A DNA stretch of 64,000 nt, from assembly GCA_963803805.1 (NCBI GenBank), contig CAWDOD010000004.1, positions 448,001-512,000 on the forward strand. The letters are read 5' to 3'. The notes under the pieces were generated by a model. It was not told the origin of the DNA. It saw only the letters and a list, made by a program, of their open reading frames with translations, and made no database searches. The translations under genes and the position numbers were made by a program. Below, piece by piece: positions 49,407 through 60,907 of this stretch. Numbering within the stretch: the first letter of the stretch is position 1; every line of letters starts with the position of its first letter. This stretch comes from an uncultured cyanobacterium (lineage in GTDB: Bacteria; Cyanobacteriota; Cyanobacteriia; Cyanobacteriales; CAWCAG01).

Positions 49407-50120
49407 TTATGCCGATGCGGGGTCGCACCCCAATTCTGTACAAATCCTCTCCAAGGCAATTAGGGGTTCCTCAGCCGCAGTAATTGGTCTACCAATGACC
49501 AAAAAGTCAGCACCCGCTTTAATTGCTTGGGTTGGGGTCATAAACCGCTTCTGATCGCCTTTTTCTGACCAACTTGGCCGCACTCCAGGACAAACCAACA
49601 AAAAATTATGACCGCAAGTTTGCCGTAGTTGACTTGCTTCTTGGGGTGAACAAACTGCCCCATCTATACCTGCTTCTTTAGCTAATAAAGCCATTTGTAA
49701 AGCATATTCTGGCAATTCTAGGGGAATTTTCAAATCAAAAGCGAGATCACGAGAACTTAAGCTAGTTAATAAAGTAATTGCCAGTAACTTAGGGGAAGAG
49801 TCACCTTTTCCTATCGCTTCAACTGCTGCTTTTAGGGCATGATGACCAGCAGTAGCATGGATCGTAATTAAGTCTACACCATAATTTTTGGCAGCACGAC
49901 AAGCCCCCGCAACAGTGTTAGAAATATCATGGAATTTTAAGTCTAAAAAGATGCGTTTATCTCGTTTCTTTAGAAGACTCAAAATTTCTGGTCCACTACT
50001 AACAAATAACTCTAAACCAACTTTCCAAAAGCCCACTTCTGGCAACTTTTCGACAAGGGCGATCGCTTCTTCAATACTAGAGACATCTAAAGGGACAATG
50101 ATACGTTCAATTGGTTTCAT
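49407..50120 (-). CDS. pyrF: Orotidine-5'-phosphate decarboxylase
   Basis: [32 protein letters not shown]. Confidence 0.96.
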   Translation of the reverse strand: MKPIERIIVPLDVSSIEEAIALVEKLPEVGFWKVGLELFVSSGPEILSLLKKRDKRIFLDLKFHDISNTVAGACRAAKNYGVDLITIHATAGHHALKAAVEAIGKGDSSPKLLAITLLTSLSSRDLAFDLKIPLELPEYALQMALLAKEAGIDGAVCSPQEASQLRQTCGHNFLLVCPGVRPSWSEKGDQKRFMTPTQAIKAGADFLVIGRPITAAEEPLIALERICTELGCDPASA

Positions 50121-50204
50121 AACAGGAAGTAGGGAATAGTCAATAGGTAAAAGTTACAACTTCATTGGTCACTGACAAACAAATTTCTGATCATTGATCA
50201 TTGT

Positions 50205-51428
50205 TCACTGAACAAGCCTTACCGAGTTGTTTTTGCCTACTTGAAGAACCTTATTTACTAACTCTTCGGGAGTATCAAAAGTGAGATTAACATCTGTGAC
50301 CTTTTCTCCTTCTAAACGCACCCCCCCTCCTTGGACTTTTTTGCGCCCTTCGCTGCTACTTTTACACAAACCACTTGCCCCTAAAAGGTAAAATAACTTA
50401 GCAGGAAACGTAACTCCAGATAAAGAATATTCTGGTATTGCTTTTGCGGCGGCAGTATTTCCTTGGGCTATTTTTTCAGCATCTTTTTGAGCAAGTTTCG
50501 CTGCTTCTTCCCCATGAAAGTGTTTAGTTACTTCTAATGCCAAAAGCTTTTGACCTTCTCGTGGATTTTTCGGTAGTTGATTTGAAGACAAATTGGTAAG
50601 AAGCTCAAAGTATTGACTTAATAAAGCGTCTGGTACTTTTTGTAATCCAGAGTACATTCTGAAAGCACTGTCTTGCAAACCAACATAATTGTCAAGGGAT
50701 TTAGACATTTTCTGTACCCCATCACTACCAATCAAAATTGGTAATAACAAACCAAATTGAGGTTGCTGATTAAAATGTCTTTGTAAGTCTCTACCTACGG
50801 CAATATTGAACTTTTGGTCAGTTGCTCCTAATTCTACATCCGCCTCCACTGCTACAGAATCGTAGCCCTGCATCAGAGGATAAAGAAACTCATGGAGGTA
50901 AATAGGATTTTCTCTTTCGTAGCGTTCAGCAAATCCTTCTTTAGCTAACATTTGCCCTACGGTCATCCTAGACAATAGCTCTAGAATTTTGACCATATCT
51001 AACTTACTTAACCATTCAGAATTGTAACGAATCTCTAAACGTTCCTGATGATCAAAATCAAGTACAGAATGTAGTTGATCTAAATAGGTTTGAGCATTTT
51101 GCTTAACTTGGTCAGGAGTTAGCTGTTCGCGAACCTTTGATTTTCCTGTGGGATCACCAATCTGGGCAGTAAAATCACCAATAATAACCACGGCTGTATG
51201 GCCAGCATCTTGGAAAGCGCGTAACTTCCGAAAAGGAATACTATGACCTAAATGTAAATCTGTACCAGTAGGATCAATTCCTAGCTTAACTCGCAAAGGG
51301 CGATCGCTTTTAATGAGACGTTGAACTAAATTTTCACTCTGATCTTGACTATCTGGTTGATGAGGAAAAATTTCACTAGTTCCTCGGTAAAGCCAAGCAA
51401 AATCTTGATTCTGAGACAAAGAAGACAT
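50205..51428 (-). CDS. tyrS: Tyrosine--tRNA ligase
   Basis: GIDPTG..LHLGH (HIGH), [14 protein letters not shown]4 domain. Confidence 0.97.
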   Translation of the reverse strand: MSSLSQNQDFAWLYRGTSEIFPHQPDSQDQSENLVQRLIKSDRPLRVKLGIDPTGTDLHLGHSIPFRKLRAFQDAGHTAVVIIGDFTAQIGDPTGKSKVREQLTPDQVKQNAQTYLDQLHSVLDFDHQERLEIRYNSEWLSKLDMVKILELLSRMTVGQMLAKEGFAERYERENPIYLHEFLYPLMQGYDSVAVEADVELGATDQKFNIAVGRDLQRHFNQQPQFGLLLPILIGSDGVQKMSKSLDNYVGLQDSAFRMYSGLQKVPDALLSQYFELLTNLSSNQLPKNPREGQKLLALEVTKHFHGEEAAKLAQKDAEKIAQGNTAAAKAIPEYSLSGVTFPAKLFYLLGASGLCKSSSEGRKKVQGGGVRLEGEKVTDVNLTFDTPEELVNKVLQVGKNNSVRLVQ

Positions 51429-51759
51429 TTAGGTTAGAAAAAATTAAACTAAAATAACTGAGTGGCCAAGCAAGGCTTTTAGCCAAACAAATTTTAAGAA
51501 GTGGAACTTCATGTAGTTTACTACTAGTTTAATTCCCTTTATCTTACTGAATATGGAATGTATACTTAATACTCAAATATACCATGCACTACGAAATGCT
51601 AAGGTTCAAGCAACATTGGCATCAAAAAATTAAATTGGGGAATCTACGCGCTCAAGATTAGGAAATTGACTCAGGAGTAATTTTTTACCTTGGTAATGTC
51701 AATCCCTTGTTTACTGTAGCGCTGTTAGTCTTTGTTCTGAGTGAGGAAGTGAAATCGCC

Positions 51760-53685
51760 GTGTCGTCCAGTACTATTCGACAAAAGCAAAAACCAGAAAA
51801 GAGAAAGGAGAAAAAGCCTTCTGTTTCCCCGATTACAAGTTTCACCAAGGGGATAGTTAAGGCAACTGGGGGGACTCTACTCGGCATTACTATGTTGGGG
51901 AGTTCAGTTATCGCCGGAGGATTAGTTGGCTTAGCTGTCAGCTTCCGAAACCTGCCTGATGTGAGGGTATTACGTAACTATGCCCCCACAGAAACTACAT
52001 ATATTTATGATATTAAGGGTAAATCTTTAGCCAGCATCCACGGTGAAGCAAACCGGGAAGTCGTTAAGCTAGAGAAAATCTCCCCTAATTTGAAAAGAGC
52101 GGTATTAGCAATTGAAGATAGCCACTTTTACCTGCACCAAGGAATTAACCCCAATAGTGTCGGACGTGCCTTAGTTGCCAACTATCGTAAAGGGGGTATT
52201 GTTGAAGGTGGTTCAACAATCACCATGCAGTTGGTCAAAAACCTCTTTTTATCTCGCGAAAGAAGCTTTAACCGTAAACTAGCAGAAGCTGTACTGGCAA
52301 TTCGCCTAGAACAAATTTTCACTAAAGACCAAATTCTCGAAATGTACCTCAATGGTATTTATTGGGGACATAATAGTTATGGTGTAGAAACTGCTGCTCA
52401 AAGTTACTTCGGTAAATCGGCTTCCGAGTTGGATTTAGCAGAGTCAGCAGTTATGGCAGGGTTGATTCAAGCCCCAGAAGAATACAGTCCTTTTATAAAA
52501 TACGAAAATACTAAGATTAGACAAACAGCCGTCCTTGATCGAATGCAAACCTTGGGCTGGATTAGCGCCCAAGAAGCTGAAGCAGCCAAAAAAGAACCTT
52601 TATTAATTGGTAAACCTACTGCTTGGCAAGGTATTGAACTACCTTACATTACAGAAGCAGTTATTGCTGAATTAACAGAGCGTTTTGGTAAGGATGCCGT
52701 GCTGAAAGGAGGAATGCGGGTTCAAACCACCATTGATTATAACTTCCAAACAAGAGCTGAGGAAGTTGTTCAAAGCTCCCACCGTAGCGTTAGCGGCTTT
52801 GCTGATCAAATTGCCCTAGCAGCAGTTGATCCCCGTACTCATTTTGTTAAGGCTTTAGTTGGTGGTTCTAGTTACGAAAAAAGCCAGTATAACAGAGCAA
52901 TTCAAGCCCGTCGCCAACCCGGTTCTTCCTTTAAACCTTTCGTTTACTATACAGCCTTTGCTTCAGGCAAATATACTCCCTACTCAACAGTTATGGATAC
53001 CCCCGTAAGGTATAGGGATGGAGGGGCTTACTACTCTCCGCAAAACTACGGCGGTGGTTATTCAGGAGCCATGAGTATCCGTAATGCTTTGATTCAATCA
53101 GCCAATGTTCCGGCGGTAAAAATGGGTAAAGCTGTGGGGTTAGATAAGGTCATTGAAGTTTGTCGCGCCTTGGGTATAAAAAGCCCCTTAGAACCCGTAG
53201 TTTCCTTGCCTTTAGGTGCTATTGGTGTTACTCCTTTAGAAATGGCAGGGGCCTATGCTACTTTTGCTAGTAATGGTTGGCACTCTGACCCCACGATTAT
53301 TTTTCGAGTCACTGATAGTAGTGGCACGGTTTTATTGGATAATACCCCAGAGCCAAAATTAATTCTTGACCCTTGGGCAACAGCTTCCCTTACCAGTGTC
53401 TTAACTGGGGTAATCAGCGGAGGAACAGGGACTAATGCCCAAATAGGTAGGCCAGCAGCCGGGAAAACAGGAACAACATCCTCGGAGAGGGATGTTTGGT
53501 TTGTTGGGTATGTTCCTCAACTTGCTGTAGCAGTTTGGATTGGTAATGACAATTACCGACCGATGGGAGGAGGAGTGACAGGAGGTGGGCAAGCAGCACC
53601 AATTTGGGGACGCTTTATGCGTGAAGCTCTCAAAAATGAGCCGGTGATGAACTTCCCCTCTCCTTCTAAATTTCCCAGACCTTAG
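51760..53685 (+). CDS. Class A penicillin-binding protein (PBP1A family)
   Basis: Glycosyltransferase motifs EDSHF, GGSTITMQL and RKLAE; transpeptidase motifs SSFK, SAN and KTG. Confidence 0.95.
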   Translation: MSSSTIRQKQKPEKRKEKKPSVSPITSFTKGIVKATGGTLLGITMLGSSVIAGGLVGLAVSFRNLPDVRVLRNYAPTETTYIYDIKGKSLASIHGEANREVVKLEKISPNLKRAVLAIEDSHFYLHQGINPNSVGRALVANYRKGGIVEGGSTITMQLVKNLFLSRERSFNRKLAEAVLAIRLEQIFTKDQILEMYLNGIYWGHNSYGVETAAQSYFGKSASELDLAESAVMAGLIQAPEEYSPFIKYENTKIRQTAVLDRMQTLGWISAQEAEAAKKEPLLIGKPTAWQGIELPYITEAVIAELTERFGKDAVLKGGMRVQTTIDYNFQTRAEEVVQSSHRSVSGFADQIALAAVDPRTHFVKALVGGSSYEKSQYNRAIQARRQPGSSFKPFVYYTAFASGKYTPYSTVMDTPVRYRDGGAYYSPQNYGGGYSGAMSIRNALIQSANVPAVKMGKAVGLDKVIEVCRALGIKSPLEPVVSLPLGAIGVTPLEMAGAYATFASNGWHSDPTIIFRVTDSSGTVLLDNTPEPKLILDPWATASLTSVLTGVISGGTGTNAQIGRPAAGKTGTTSSERDVWFVGYVPQLAVAVWIGNDNYRPMGGGVTGGGQAAPIWGRFMREALKNEPVMNFPSPSKFPRP

Positions 53686-53693
53686 CCCGTAAG

Positions 53694-54017
53694 CTACTTC
53701 TGATTTTCTAGCTCAGACTTCATCCGCTCAAGGGTCACGTTCATTTGCTCAAACATCTGCTGGGGCGTGATCCCAAACTGATTAAGCTGGGTATTAAGCT
53801 GTTGCATCGTCATTTGAGCCATAAAATCATCAGAAAGTTCAAAGCGCTTCATAAAAATACGATAGCGCTCCATCATATTTTCCATCTTTTCGATATACAG
53901 CTTTTTCCCTTCACGGTCGAATTTACCGTAATCTCCACCAAGAGTCATTAGAGACTGGTAATCCTGGAATAGCTGTTTGGCTTCTTGCTGAACGACTTCT
54001 GAGTCAAAAAATCCCAT
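53694..54017 (-). CDS. DUF1825 family protein
   Basis: MGFFDSEVVQQEAK...YGKFDREGK...KRFELSDD. Confidence 0.85.
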   Translation of the reverse strand: MGFFDSEVVQQEAKQLFQDYQSLMTLGGDYGKFDREGKKLYIEKMENMMERYRIFMKRFELSDDFMAQMTMQQLNTQLNQFGITPQQMFEQMNVTLERMKSELENQK

Positions 54018-54202
54018 TGTTTTTGAGTTTTTATTTTATAAATAGATATGTGACCAACTATAGTGTTGGAGCGCTTATCTCTCATTTTAAAGTAGTAGAA
54101 ATTAACCGTAAAATAGAGATTCCCGTATAAGGAGATTTTCCTTTCGTCAATAATGTCAAGAAATCAATATTATAGAGGGGAAGCAAAGTTATTTGAGATG
54201 GC

Positions 54203-54598
54203 ATGATGGAGAACAAGCTGGGCAAACCAAAAAGTCGTAAGGTAGCTGTGTTCTTGGCTTTGCTAGGAACGATAACTCCCTTAGCCGGGTTACATAAGTT
54301 CTATTTAGGACAACCTTTATGGGGAATTTGTTATCTCCTACTTTTGTCAACCCCTATCCCCCGCATTGCCTGTGCTATTGAAATAGTTTGGTATTTTGTC
54401 CAGGATCAAGAAGACTTTGAACGTCGTTTCAACCAAAAACAACCAGCACAATATAGCCAATCACCAACAATAGAAACTAATCAAGTTGGGGCGATCGCTG
54501 ATTCTCTAAGACAATTAGATCAGTTGCGTCAAGAAGGTTTAATGTCAGAGTATGAATTTGAACAAAAACGTCGTCAATTGCTTAATCGGATTGCGTGA
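54203..54598 (+). CDS. TM2/NINE domain protein with C-terminal SHOCT domain
   Basis: KSRKVA..LA, GLHKFYLG; LRQEGLMSEYEFEQKRRQLL. Confidence 0.85.
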   Translation: MMENKLGKPKSRKVAVFLALLGTITPLAGLHKFYLGQPLWGICYLLLLSTPIPRIACAIEIVWYFVQDQEDFERRFNQKQPAQYSQSPTIETNQVGAIADSLRQLDQLRQEGLMSEYEFEQKRRQLLNRIA

Positions 54599-54609
54599 TA
54601 CCAAATTAG

Positions 54610-54722
54610 TAAGCTGTCAAGCAATTAGATTATCTATGGGGACAAGGTAATGTTTGATAGGTAACAACTTTAGCTTATTTTAGTTAACTCAACAATATGT
54701 CTTTTAAATGCGTAACAGCTTA
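54610..54722. mobile_element. MITE-like repeat, family B
   Basis: TIR TAAGCTGT...ACAGCTTA; internal similarity to 27532-27629. Confidence 0.6.
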
Positions 54723-54802
54723 GTCTATCAATTTTCAATTGACGGGTAAAGGGCAGAAGGAGAAAGGGGAAAGAGCAATAAATGTTTAATGATAAATGAT
54801 CA

Positions 54803-55348
54803 ATGACAATACTCAAGTGGTTATCTACGTCTAAACTCAACCCTTATCAATTAAGGATTAGAGCTAAAATTTTGCAAGACCCTTATTACCGAATGCAATC
54901 GGTAGCAGAAATTGAGGTGGCAGCAACTTTGGGTCTTAAAATTGATGTTAATCAAGCTAGTGTAGATGATTGGTTAAGATTACCTGGTATATCTATTCAT
55001 CAAGCGCGATCACTGGTTGAATTAACTAGTTTGGGGGTGCAACTTTTATGTCTAGAAGATATCGCCTCAGCTATCAGTATTCCCCTACAGCACATCCAAA
55101 CTTGGGAACCTATCCTCCATTTTTATTATTACGAACCAGAAAATGCTCTTAATCCTCAAAGAGTAAACCCAAATAGCGCCTCAGTGCAGCAATTGAGTCA
55201 GATTCCTTTGTTAGAAGCATCTTTAGCTCAAAAAATCGTTCAAAGCCGCCTTGATGAAGGTTATTACCGCAATCTAGCTGACTTACAACGTCGCCTTAAT
55301 CTAGATAGTGAGTTGGTTTCTCGATTAATGTATTATTTACAATTTTGA
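54803..55348 (+). CDS. ComEA-like helix-hairpin-helix DNA-binding protein
   Basis: IDVNQAS...LRLPGI and VNPNSAS...LSQIP HhH units. Confidence 0.85.
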   Translation: MTILKWLSTSKLNPYQLRIRAKILQDPYYRMQSVAEIEVAATLGLKIDVNQASVDDWLRLPGISIHQARSLVELTSLGVQLLCLEDIASAISIPLQHIQTWEPILHFYYYEPENALNPQRVNPNSASVQQLSQIPLLEASLAQKIVQSRLDEGYYRNLADLQRRLNLDSELVSRLMYYLQF

Positions 55349-55378
55349 TCAGATTGACCTCTACACAAAAGACTCTTC

Positions 55379-55987
55379 ATGGTTCAACTATTACCAAAAC
55401 TACTAACCTTTGATGAATTTATTGAATGGTTGCCAGAGAATAGACGCTATGAACTACGTAATGGGAAAATTGTAGAAATGCAACCGACAGGAAAGCACGA
55501 AGATGTTACAGGATTTCTCAGCCAAGAACTAACCCTGGAATATACTCGAATGCAACTGCCCTATCGTATTCCTCCCAAAGTCTTGGTCAAACCTAGGGAT
55601 AAAGAAACAGGTTACAACCCTGACTTATTAATAATTGATCGTTCCCAGCTAGAATTAGAGCCTTTATGGGAAAAAAAATCTACACTGATTTGTGGAGAAT
55701 CTATTCCCCTAATTATCGAGGTAGTTAGCACCAACTGGCGTGACGATTATGGTTACAAACTTATTGACTACGAAGCAATAGGCATTCGTGAATACTGGAT
55801 TGTAGATTATCTTGGTTTGGGGGGAGTACGCTTTATTGGTCATCCCAAACAACCGACTCTCTCTATCTATCAGCTTATTGATGAAGAATACCAAGTACAG
55901 CAATTTAGAGACAGTCAAACTATATCTTCACCAACATTTCCAGAACTTAAATTGACTGCTGAGCAGATTTTTCAAGCTCAAAGATAG
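55379..55987 (+). CDS. Uma2 family (DUF820) protein
   Basis: LTFDEF, YELRNG, YNPD, IEVVSTNW.DDY, GIREYWIVD. Confidence 0.92.
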   Translation: MVQLLPKLLTFDEFIEWLPENRRYELRNGKIVEMQPTGKHEDVTGFLSQELTLEYTRMQLPYRIPPKVLVKPRDKETGYNPDLLIIDRSQLELEPLWEKKSTLICGESIPLIIEVVSTNWRDDYGYKLIDYEAIGIREYWIVDYLGLGGVRFIGHPKQPTLSIYQLIDEEYQVQQFRDSQTISSPTFPELKLTAEQIFQAQR

Positions 55988-56052
55988 TTAGCACACAAGC
56001 AGGGGGAGTGAGAACTTTTAACAACTAGGTGATCTAAATACCTGACAACTTA

Positions 56053-57402
56053 TCAACCTACTGCTGAACAAATATGTTGTAATGTGCTAACAAAGTTAGG
56101 ATAGGAAATTGCAGCAGCTTCTGCACCATTAATGGTGGTTTTTCCTTGAGCATTAAGGGCGGCGATCGCTAAACTCATGGTAATGCGATGATCCTTGTGA
56201 GCGCTTACTTCTGTCCCTTTTAAAGGAGTACCGCCAGTAATTTCTAAACCATCTTTCAATTCTGTAATATTCGCCCCCAAGCGATTCAACTGCGTCGCCA
56301 TAACAGCTAAGCGATCGCTTTCTTTTACCCTTAATTCTGCGGCATCTTTAATAATCGTTTTCCCTTGAGCAAAAACTGCGGCGACCGCTAGTATGGGAAT
56401 CTCATCAATAAGGCGGGGTATAATATCCCCGGCGATGGTACAGCCTTTTAAGCTGCTATGACATACCACAATATCAGCGACGGGTTCCCCTGTCACCTCC
56501 CGTTGATTTTGAAGTTCAATATTAGCTTCCATTTTCTGCAACACTTCCAAAACCCCGGTACGAGTAGGATTAACTCCAACATTTTTCAGTAATAATTCTG
56601 AACCTGGAACAATTGCCCCCGCTACTAACCAAAAGGCTGCTGAACTAATATCTCCAGGTACAATAACTTTTTGTCCTCGCAGTTGACTAGGGCCGATAAT
56701 TGCAGCACTATTTGTTGCTAGATCAACTTCTACATTGGCCCCAAAAGCCCGTAACATCCTCTCGCTATGGTCACGGGATAAGGCGGGTTCAGTGACAATT
56801 GTTTCGCCTTCTGTAAGTAAACCCGCTAGTAAGATACAGGATTTCACTTGGGCTGAAGCAATGGGAGAATAGTAATGAATGGGTTTAAGTTGCTTTCCCT
56901 TGATTGCTAAAGGAGCTAAGGAATTACCCTTACGTCCCCAAATTTCTGCCCCCATTTGTTGCAAAGGTTTGACTACACGAGACATAGGGCGTGAACACAA
57001 AGAACTATCCCCTGTTACCGTAAAAAACTTTTGTGGAACCGAAGCGAGGATACCTAACATTAAACGCAAAGTTGTCCCAGAGTTACCAGCATTTAAAACA
57101 TCTTCTGGTTCTTTCAAGTTACCATTACCTAATCCTTTCACCTTAACTTCGGTACTATTTAAAGGAGAAATTTCTGCCCCCATAGCCCGGAAACAGTTGG
57201 CTGTACTACGAGGATCTTCCCCTAACAGTAACCCTTGAATGCAAGTTTCTCCTTCTGCTAAAGCACCCAAGATTAAGGCGCGATGGGAGATAGATTTATC
57301 TCCAGGAATGTCAATTTCCCCTTGCAAGGTAACTCCAGAAGACGGTTTAGTAATAGTTAAATCTTGATGTTGATGATTAGAAGTTAAGGTAACGATGGAC
57401 AT
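56053..57402 (-). CDS. aroA: EPSP synthase
   Basis: [42 protein letters not shown]. Confidence 0.97.
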   Translation of the reverse strand: MSIVTLTSNHQHQDLTITKPSSGVTLQGEIDIPGDKSISHRALILGALAEGETCIQGLLLGEDPRSTANCFRAMGAEISPLNSTEVKVKGLGNGNLKEPEDVLNAGNSGTTLRLMLGILASVPQKFFTVTGDSSLCSRPMSRVVKPLQQMGAEIWGRKGNSLAPLAIKGKQLKPIHYYSPIASAQVKSCILLAGLLTEGETIVTEPALSRDHSERMLRAFGANVEVDLATNSAAIIGPSQLRGQKVIVPGDISSAAFWLVAGAIVPGSELLLKNVGVNPTRTGVLEVLQKMEANIELQNQREVTGEPVADIVVCHSSLKGCTIAGDIIPRLIDEIPILAVAAVFAQGKTIIKDAAELRVKESDRLAVMATQLNRLGANITELKDGLEITGGTPLKGTEVSAHKDHRITMSLAIAALNAQGKTTINGAEAAAISYPNFVSTLQHICSAVG

Positions 57403-57510
57403 AAATATTGCAGGGTAAGGGGTAAGGGAGAAAGGGCAGTCCTTGACTGTCAAAACTATCCATCAACTTAATAAATAGCTGTGGTGCTGTCTTGTCAAAC
57501 TCGTTGAGAT

Positions 57511-57534
57511 TTTATGTATATTAGCGTACATAAA
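57511..57534. promoter_or_regulatory. Putative NtcA box
   Basis: TTTATGTA-TATTAGCG-TACATAAA, i.e. TGTA-N8-TACA, between divergent genes. Confidence 0.45.
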
Positions 57535-57855
57535 TCAAGAAAGTTGTGCCGAAAAGACTAAAGAAATTTTCTTAAATAGCCTCAAAGAAGAAATCTTTTT
57601 CAAGCATCCGAATCTTCGGTAAGTAACATTTATTTATCGCCATAAGCTTATTTTTCAGCTTCTGATATTGATATTGGCTGCTAAAGGTTCTTATAGCTAG
57701 CTAGCAACCTATAGCTCAATTTTAATGCTCTTCAGTGAGTATTAACTAAACCAATTTTGAAGTAAGATTAAGCAGCTAAAAGTTAAATGAATCAGTATTT
57801 AATTAAGGGTTTTTATCAAGGAGATATAGCATTAACCTAAGAAATAAAATTTATA

Positions 57856-58257
57856 GTGGCGGAATTATCTATGGATAAACTTCAAGAGCAACTCGTTGAT
57901 ATGGACCGGAAAGTTGAGAAGCTTTACCAAACAGTTGAGCGCTTAGGAACCCATATCACGGCTGTGTTGTTGGAACAGCAACAGGATAATGAATCAGTCA
58001 AACAACAACTAGCAGATATTTCTCAGACACGGGAATACGTCAAGACAGTTTCTAGTAATCTTGATTCTGTTATGGAGCATAAAGATGTGTTGATTGATGG
58101 TAGAGACTGGGGCAGTAATAGCGATAATAGCGGTGAAAAGCAGCTATCTTGCGATATTCAACTACAGCGTGTAACCGCTCAATTAACAGCAGCTTATAAT
58201 CGCATAGCGGCTTTGGAAGAACAACTCCTAGCAAGTAGAATCCGTTCTTCAAGATGA
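57856..58257 (+). CDS. Coiled-coil hypothetical protein
   Basis: Heptad pattern; MEHKDVL and QRVTAQLTAAYNRIAALEEQLL. Confidence 0.7.
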   Translation: MAELSMDKLQEQLVDMDRKVEKLYQTVERLGTHITAVLLEQQQDNESVKQQLADISQTREYVKTVSSNLDSVMEHKDVLIDGRDWGSNSDNSGEKQLSCDIQLQRVTAQLTAAYNRIAALEEQLLASRIRSSR

Positions 58258-59361
58258 GTAATTCTCTACCAAAGCTTCTATCGCTTCAAGGAGCTGAGTT
58301 ATTGTCCGGCGAGCAGATAACCAAGCCGCGATCGCACAGCCCCCAGCTCCTACCCCTTCTTTGACATAACCGTTTTCATAGGATTGTAGTTGAGGAAATC
58401 GAGCATGAGTAAAATTAAGTTGAGTTGCTAGTAAAGTTACTGTTCCTACTTCCTTGGCTAATCCCACTGTATCTCCGGTTAAGTCTTCTGCTACCCAACG
58501 AGTCGTGCCGACAACAATCTGCCCTAAATCTACTGCCAATTTGTGGTAAGTGACGATTTCCTGAATTAGTCCATAAACAGCTAGCATTTGCGTACCGCCG
58601 GCTAATAAAACCCCTCTACTACGACTAGCGGCAATGGCCATTCCCGCTGTAACTATTTGCATAGGATCACCTACAGCCGCAACTAAATCTAAAGGATCTC
58701 TAGGGCCAAGGGTAGGAAAAAAACCTGCTTTTTCTAAACCCTGAACCACAACTTCCCACTTTTGTTGATGATTACAGCAGGGATGGGAACTATTCACTTT
58801 TCCTGTTGCAGCGATACCTAACCCTGTAAGTAAAGCTAAGGCTGTGGTGGTTCCTCCAACCACACATTCGCTAATAATTAAATAACTTTCCGGGATTTGC
58901 TGAGCTAGCTTTTCTCCCCAATTTAAACCTGCAGCAAATAATTGTTGTACTTTTGCTTTCGGTAATGCCTGACCAGAAGAAAGACAAGCCGCAGGTACAC
59001 CTCCTAAATTAATGTTAGGAATAGTTGGGGGATGGGGCAAACCAGCATTAAAAACATAGACAGGAATCTGACAAGCTTCTATAACGGCGCGGGTAATAAA
59101 TACCGGAGATACCCCCACAGTTAGAGGTGGTAGAGGGTAGCGAGGGAAAGGCTGTACCCCATTAATCAAAAATTCTGCATCGGCGATCGCTGTATATTTT
59201 CGATCTTCAGGAGTTGCTCCCGCCGCCGAGATCCCTGGTATCAATCCTGTGGCAGTAAAGCCCAAAATGCAAGCAAATAGAGGTTTCTTGTCCTGATAAC
59301 GCCCCAACCACTCCTGGGCTTTGGAGTATTGAGTATAAATTTTAAGTTGCTCATTAATCAT
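58249..59361 (-). CDS. cobT: Cyanobacterial/archaeal-type NaMN-dependent phosphoribosyltransferase CobT
   Basis: PGISAAG, ECVVGGTTTA, VGDPMQ, LAGGTQM, YENGYVKEGVGAGG. Confidence 0.9.
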   Translation of the reverse strand: MINEQLKIYTQYSKAQEWLGRYQDKKPLFACILGFTATGLIPGISAAGATPEDRKYTAIADAEFLINGVQPFPRYPLPPLTVGVSPVFITRAVIEACQIPVYVFNAGLPHPPTIPNINLGGVPAACLSSGQALPKAKVQQLFAAGLNWGEKLAQQIPESYLIISECVVGGTTTALALLTGLGIAATGKVNSSHPCCNHQQKWEVVVQGLEKAGFFPTLGPRDPLDLVAAVGDPMQIVTAGMAIAASRSRGVLLAGGTQMLAVYGLIQEIVTYHKLAVDLGQIVVGTTRWVAEDLTGDTVGLAKEVGTVTLLATQLNFTHARFPQLQSYENGYVKEGVGAGGCAIAAWLSARRTITQLLEAIEALVENYSS

Positions 59362-60128
59362 TGCTCATAATCCAAAATTACCTGCACCCAACTAGGAGGA
59401 CGAGGGATAGGATTGCCTAGTTTATCTAAAACTAATAAAGCGACCAAATGAACAACGAATAAATAAACAAGATTACTAAAAGTAATTGCTACTAAAGCAA
59501 TTACTTGAATTAATAACATACTCGGCTGTGCCAGTAGCCCAAGTTGCAGGAATAACCAATCAGCTATTTCTGTGATTTGGGTCGTTACATATACCCAAAG
59601 GTCTTCTCCCAGGAAAATAGAAACTAGCCAGAAGCGGAAAAAGAAGCCAAAACTACCAAGTAGGGTTCCCAATAAAATGGAGGAAATCCAGCTTGCACCC
59701 CTACGCCACATATAGCCTAATTGCACTCCCATTAAGCCATAGGGCATGATGAACAGAATGCTACGAGAAGGCCCCATTAGAACTGATAATAGTAGCCCAG
59801 AAACTAAAGCCGCCATCCAGGCAGCGCGGTTTCCACGACGTAAGCAAACTAAGGCCACGGGAATAGGAAAGAAAATGCGTAAAACTGGCCCTAGAGGAAA
59901 ATAATAGTTAATTAACCAAATTAGACTAGCGGTACTAGCTAAAAAAGCTGTCTCTACCATGGTAATGGGAGGACCCAAGCCAAGTACAGAAGAAGAAGAT
60001 ACTGATTGTGATGGGTTGGCTTTTTTGGTAGCTAGGGGAAATTCCTCAGCATCAACCCAATTTGTTTCATCGTCCCAAATTTCTTCTTGTTTCTGCCCAG
60101 AGCCATATTCCTTGTCCTCAGAATTCAT
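59358..60128 (-). CDS. DUF2232 family membrane protein
   Basis: MVETAFLAS, FFPIPVAL and multiple TM helices. Confidence 0.82.
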   Translation of the reverse strand: MNSEDKEYGSGQKQEEIWDDETNWVDAEEFPLATKKANPSQSVSSSSVLGLGPPITMVETAFLASTASLIWLINYYFPLGPVLRIFFPIPVALVCLRRGNRAAWMAALVSGLLLSVLMGPSRSILFIMPYGLMGVQLGYMWRRGASWISSILLGTLLGSFGFFFRFWLVSIFLGEDLWVYVTTQITEIADWLFLQLGLLAQPSMLLIQVIALVAITFSNLVYLFVVHLVALLVLDKLGNPIPRPPSWVQVILDYEQ

Positions 60129-60199
60129 ACCTTAAGTCCGTTTAACAGTGTCGCCCCTCGGAAAATATAGCAAATCAAGCTCCTCCCATTGCTATAATT

Positions 60200-60907
60200 C
60201 TAAGCAATTATCCTCTCTAAAGCTTGCATATCAGGAATACGAAGAACATTACTCTCACGGGCAATTAAATTCCTTTTCTCTAGTTTAGTTAATACACGAG
60301 TAACAGTCTCTCTAGCTAAGCCACTGAGACTACTAAGTTCTCGGTGAGGTAGATTAGGGATTTCTGTACCAAGTTCTCCTTTTCTGCCTTGTCCCTCGGC
60401 TAAAAATAAAATCGTATCGGCTACGCGGGATAAACTATCTGCCTCTCGTAGCCTTAAGCGGCGATTTACTTGGCGTAGTCGCTTGGCCATAAGTTGGGCT
60501 AAGCGTAAGCCAGCTAGAGGTTCACTGCGGATTAGTTCAGTAAAATCTTGGGCAGGTACACTACTAATCTTGGTAGGGGTCAAGGTAATTACATCAGTAG
60601 AACGAGGTACTTCATCCATGGCTGCCATTTCCCCAAAAACTTCTCCTTTACCAAGGATATTTAAGGTAACTTCTTTACCATCTAAATTGTAAGTACGAAT
60701 TTTGACCCAACCTTCGAGAATAAAATAAACAAATCCTCCCCAATCGTTTTCTAATAAAATGACCTGGTTAGAAGGGTGGCTGCGAGTGACCACATGACAG
60801 GTCGCTTTTTCAACACTCGCTTCAGGTAAGCCAGAAAAGACAGGCGCTGAGCCTACTAGCTTACTAATATCTGAATCTGAGTCGCGGGAGCTGTATCGGT
60901 CTTCCAT
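60200..60907 (-). CDS. crp: Crp/Fnr transcriptional regulator (SyCRP1-like)
   Basis: cNMP pocket FGEMAA...PRS; HTH HRELSSLSGLARETVTRVL. Confidence 0.85.
   Translation of the reverse strand: MEDRYSSRDSDSDISKLVGSAPVFSGLPEASVEKATCHVVTRSHPSNQVILLENDWGGFVYFILEGWVKIRTYNLDGKEVTLNILGKGEVFGEMAAMDEVPRSTDVITLTPTKISSVPAQDFTELIRSEPLAGLRLAQLMAKRLRQVNRRLRLREADSLSRVADTILFLAEGQGRKGELGTEIPNLPHRELSSLSGLARETVTRVLTKLEKRNLIARESNVLRIPDMQALERIIA

Larger units (their letters stand above)
3581..59189. repeat. HIP1 octamer GCGATCGC dispersed across the window
   Basis: Dozens of copies, e.g. at 3581, 4972, 27291 and 35222; a hallmark of cyanobacterial genomes. Confidence 0.95.
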
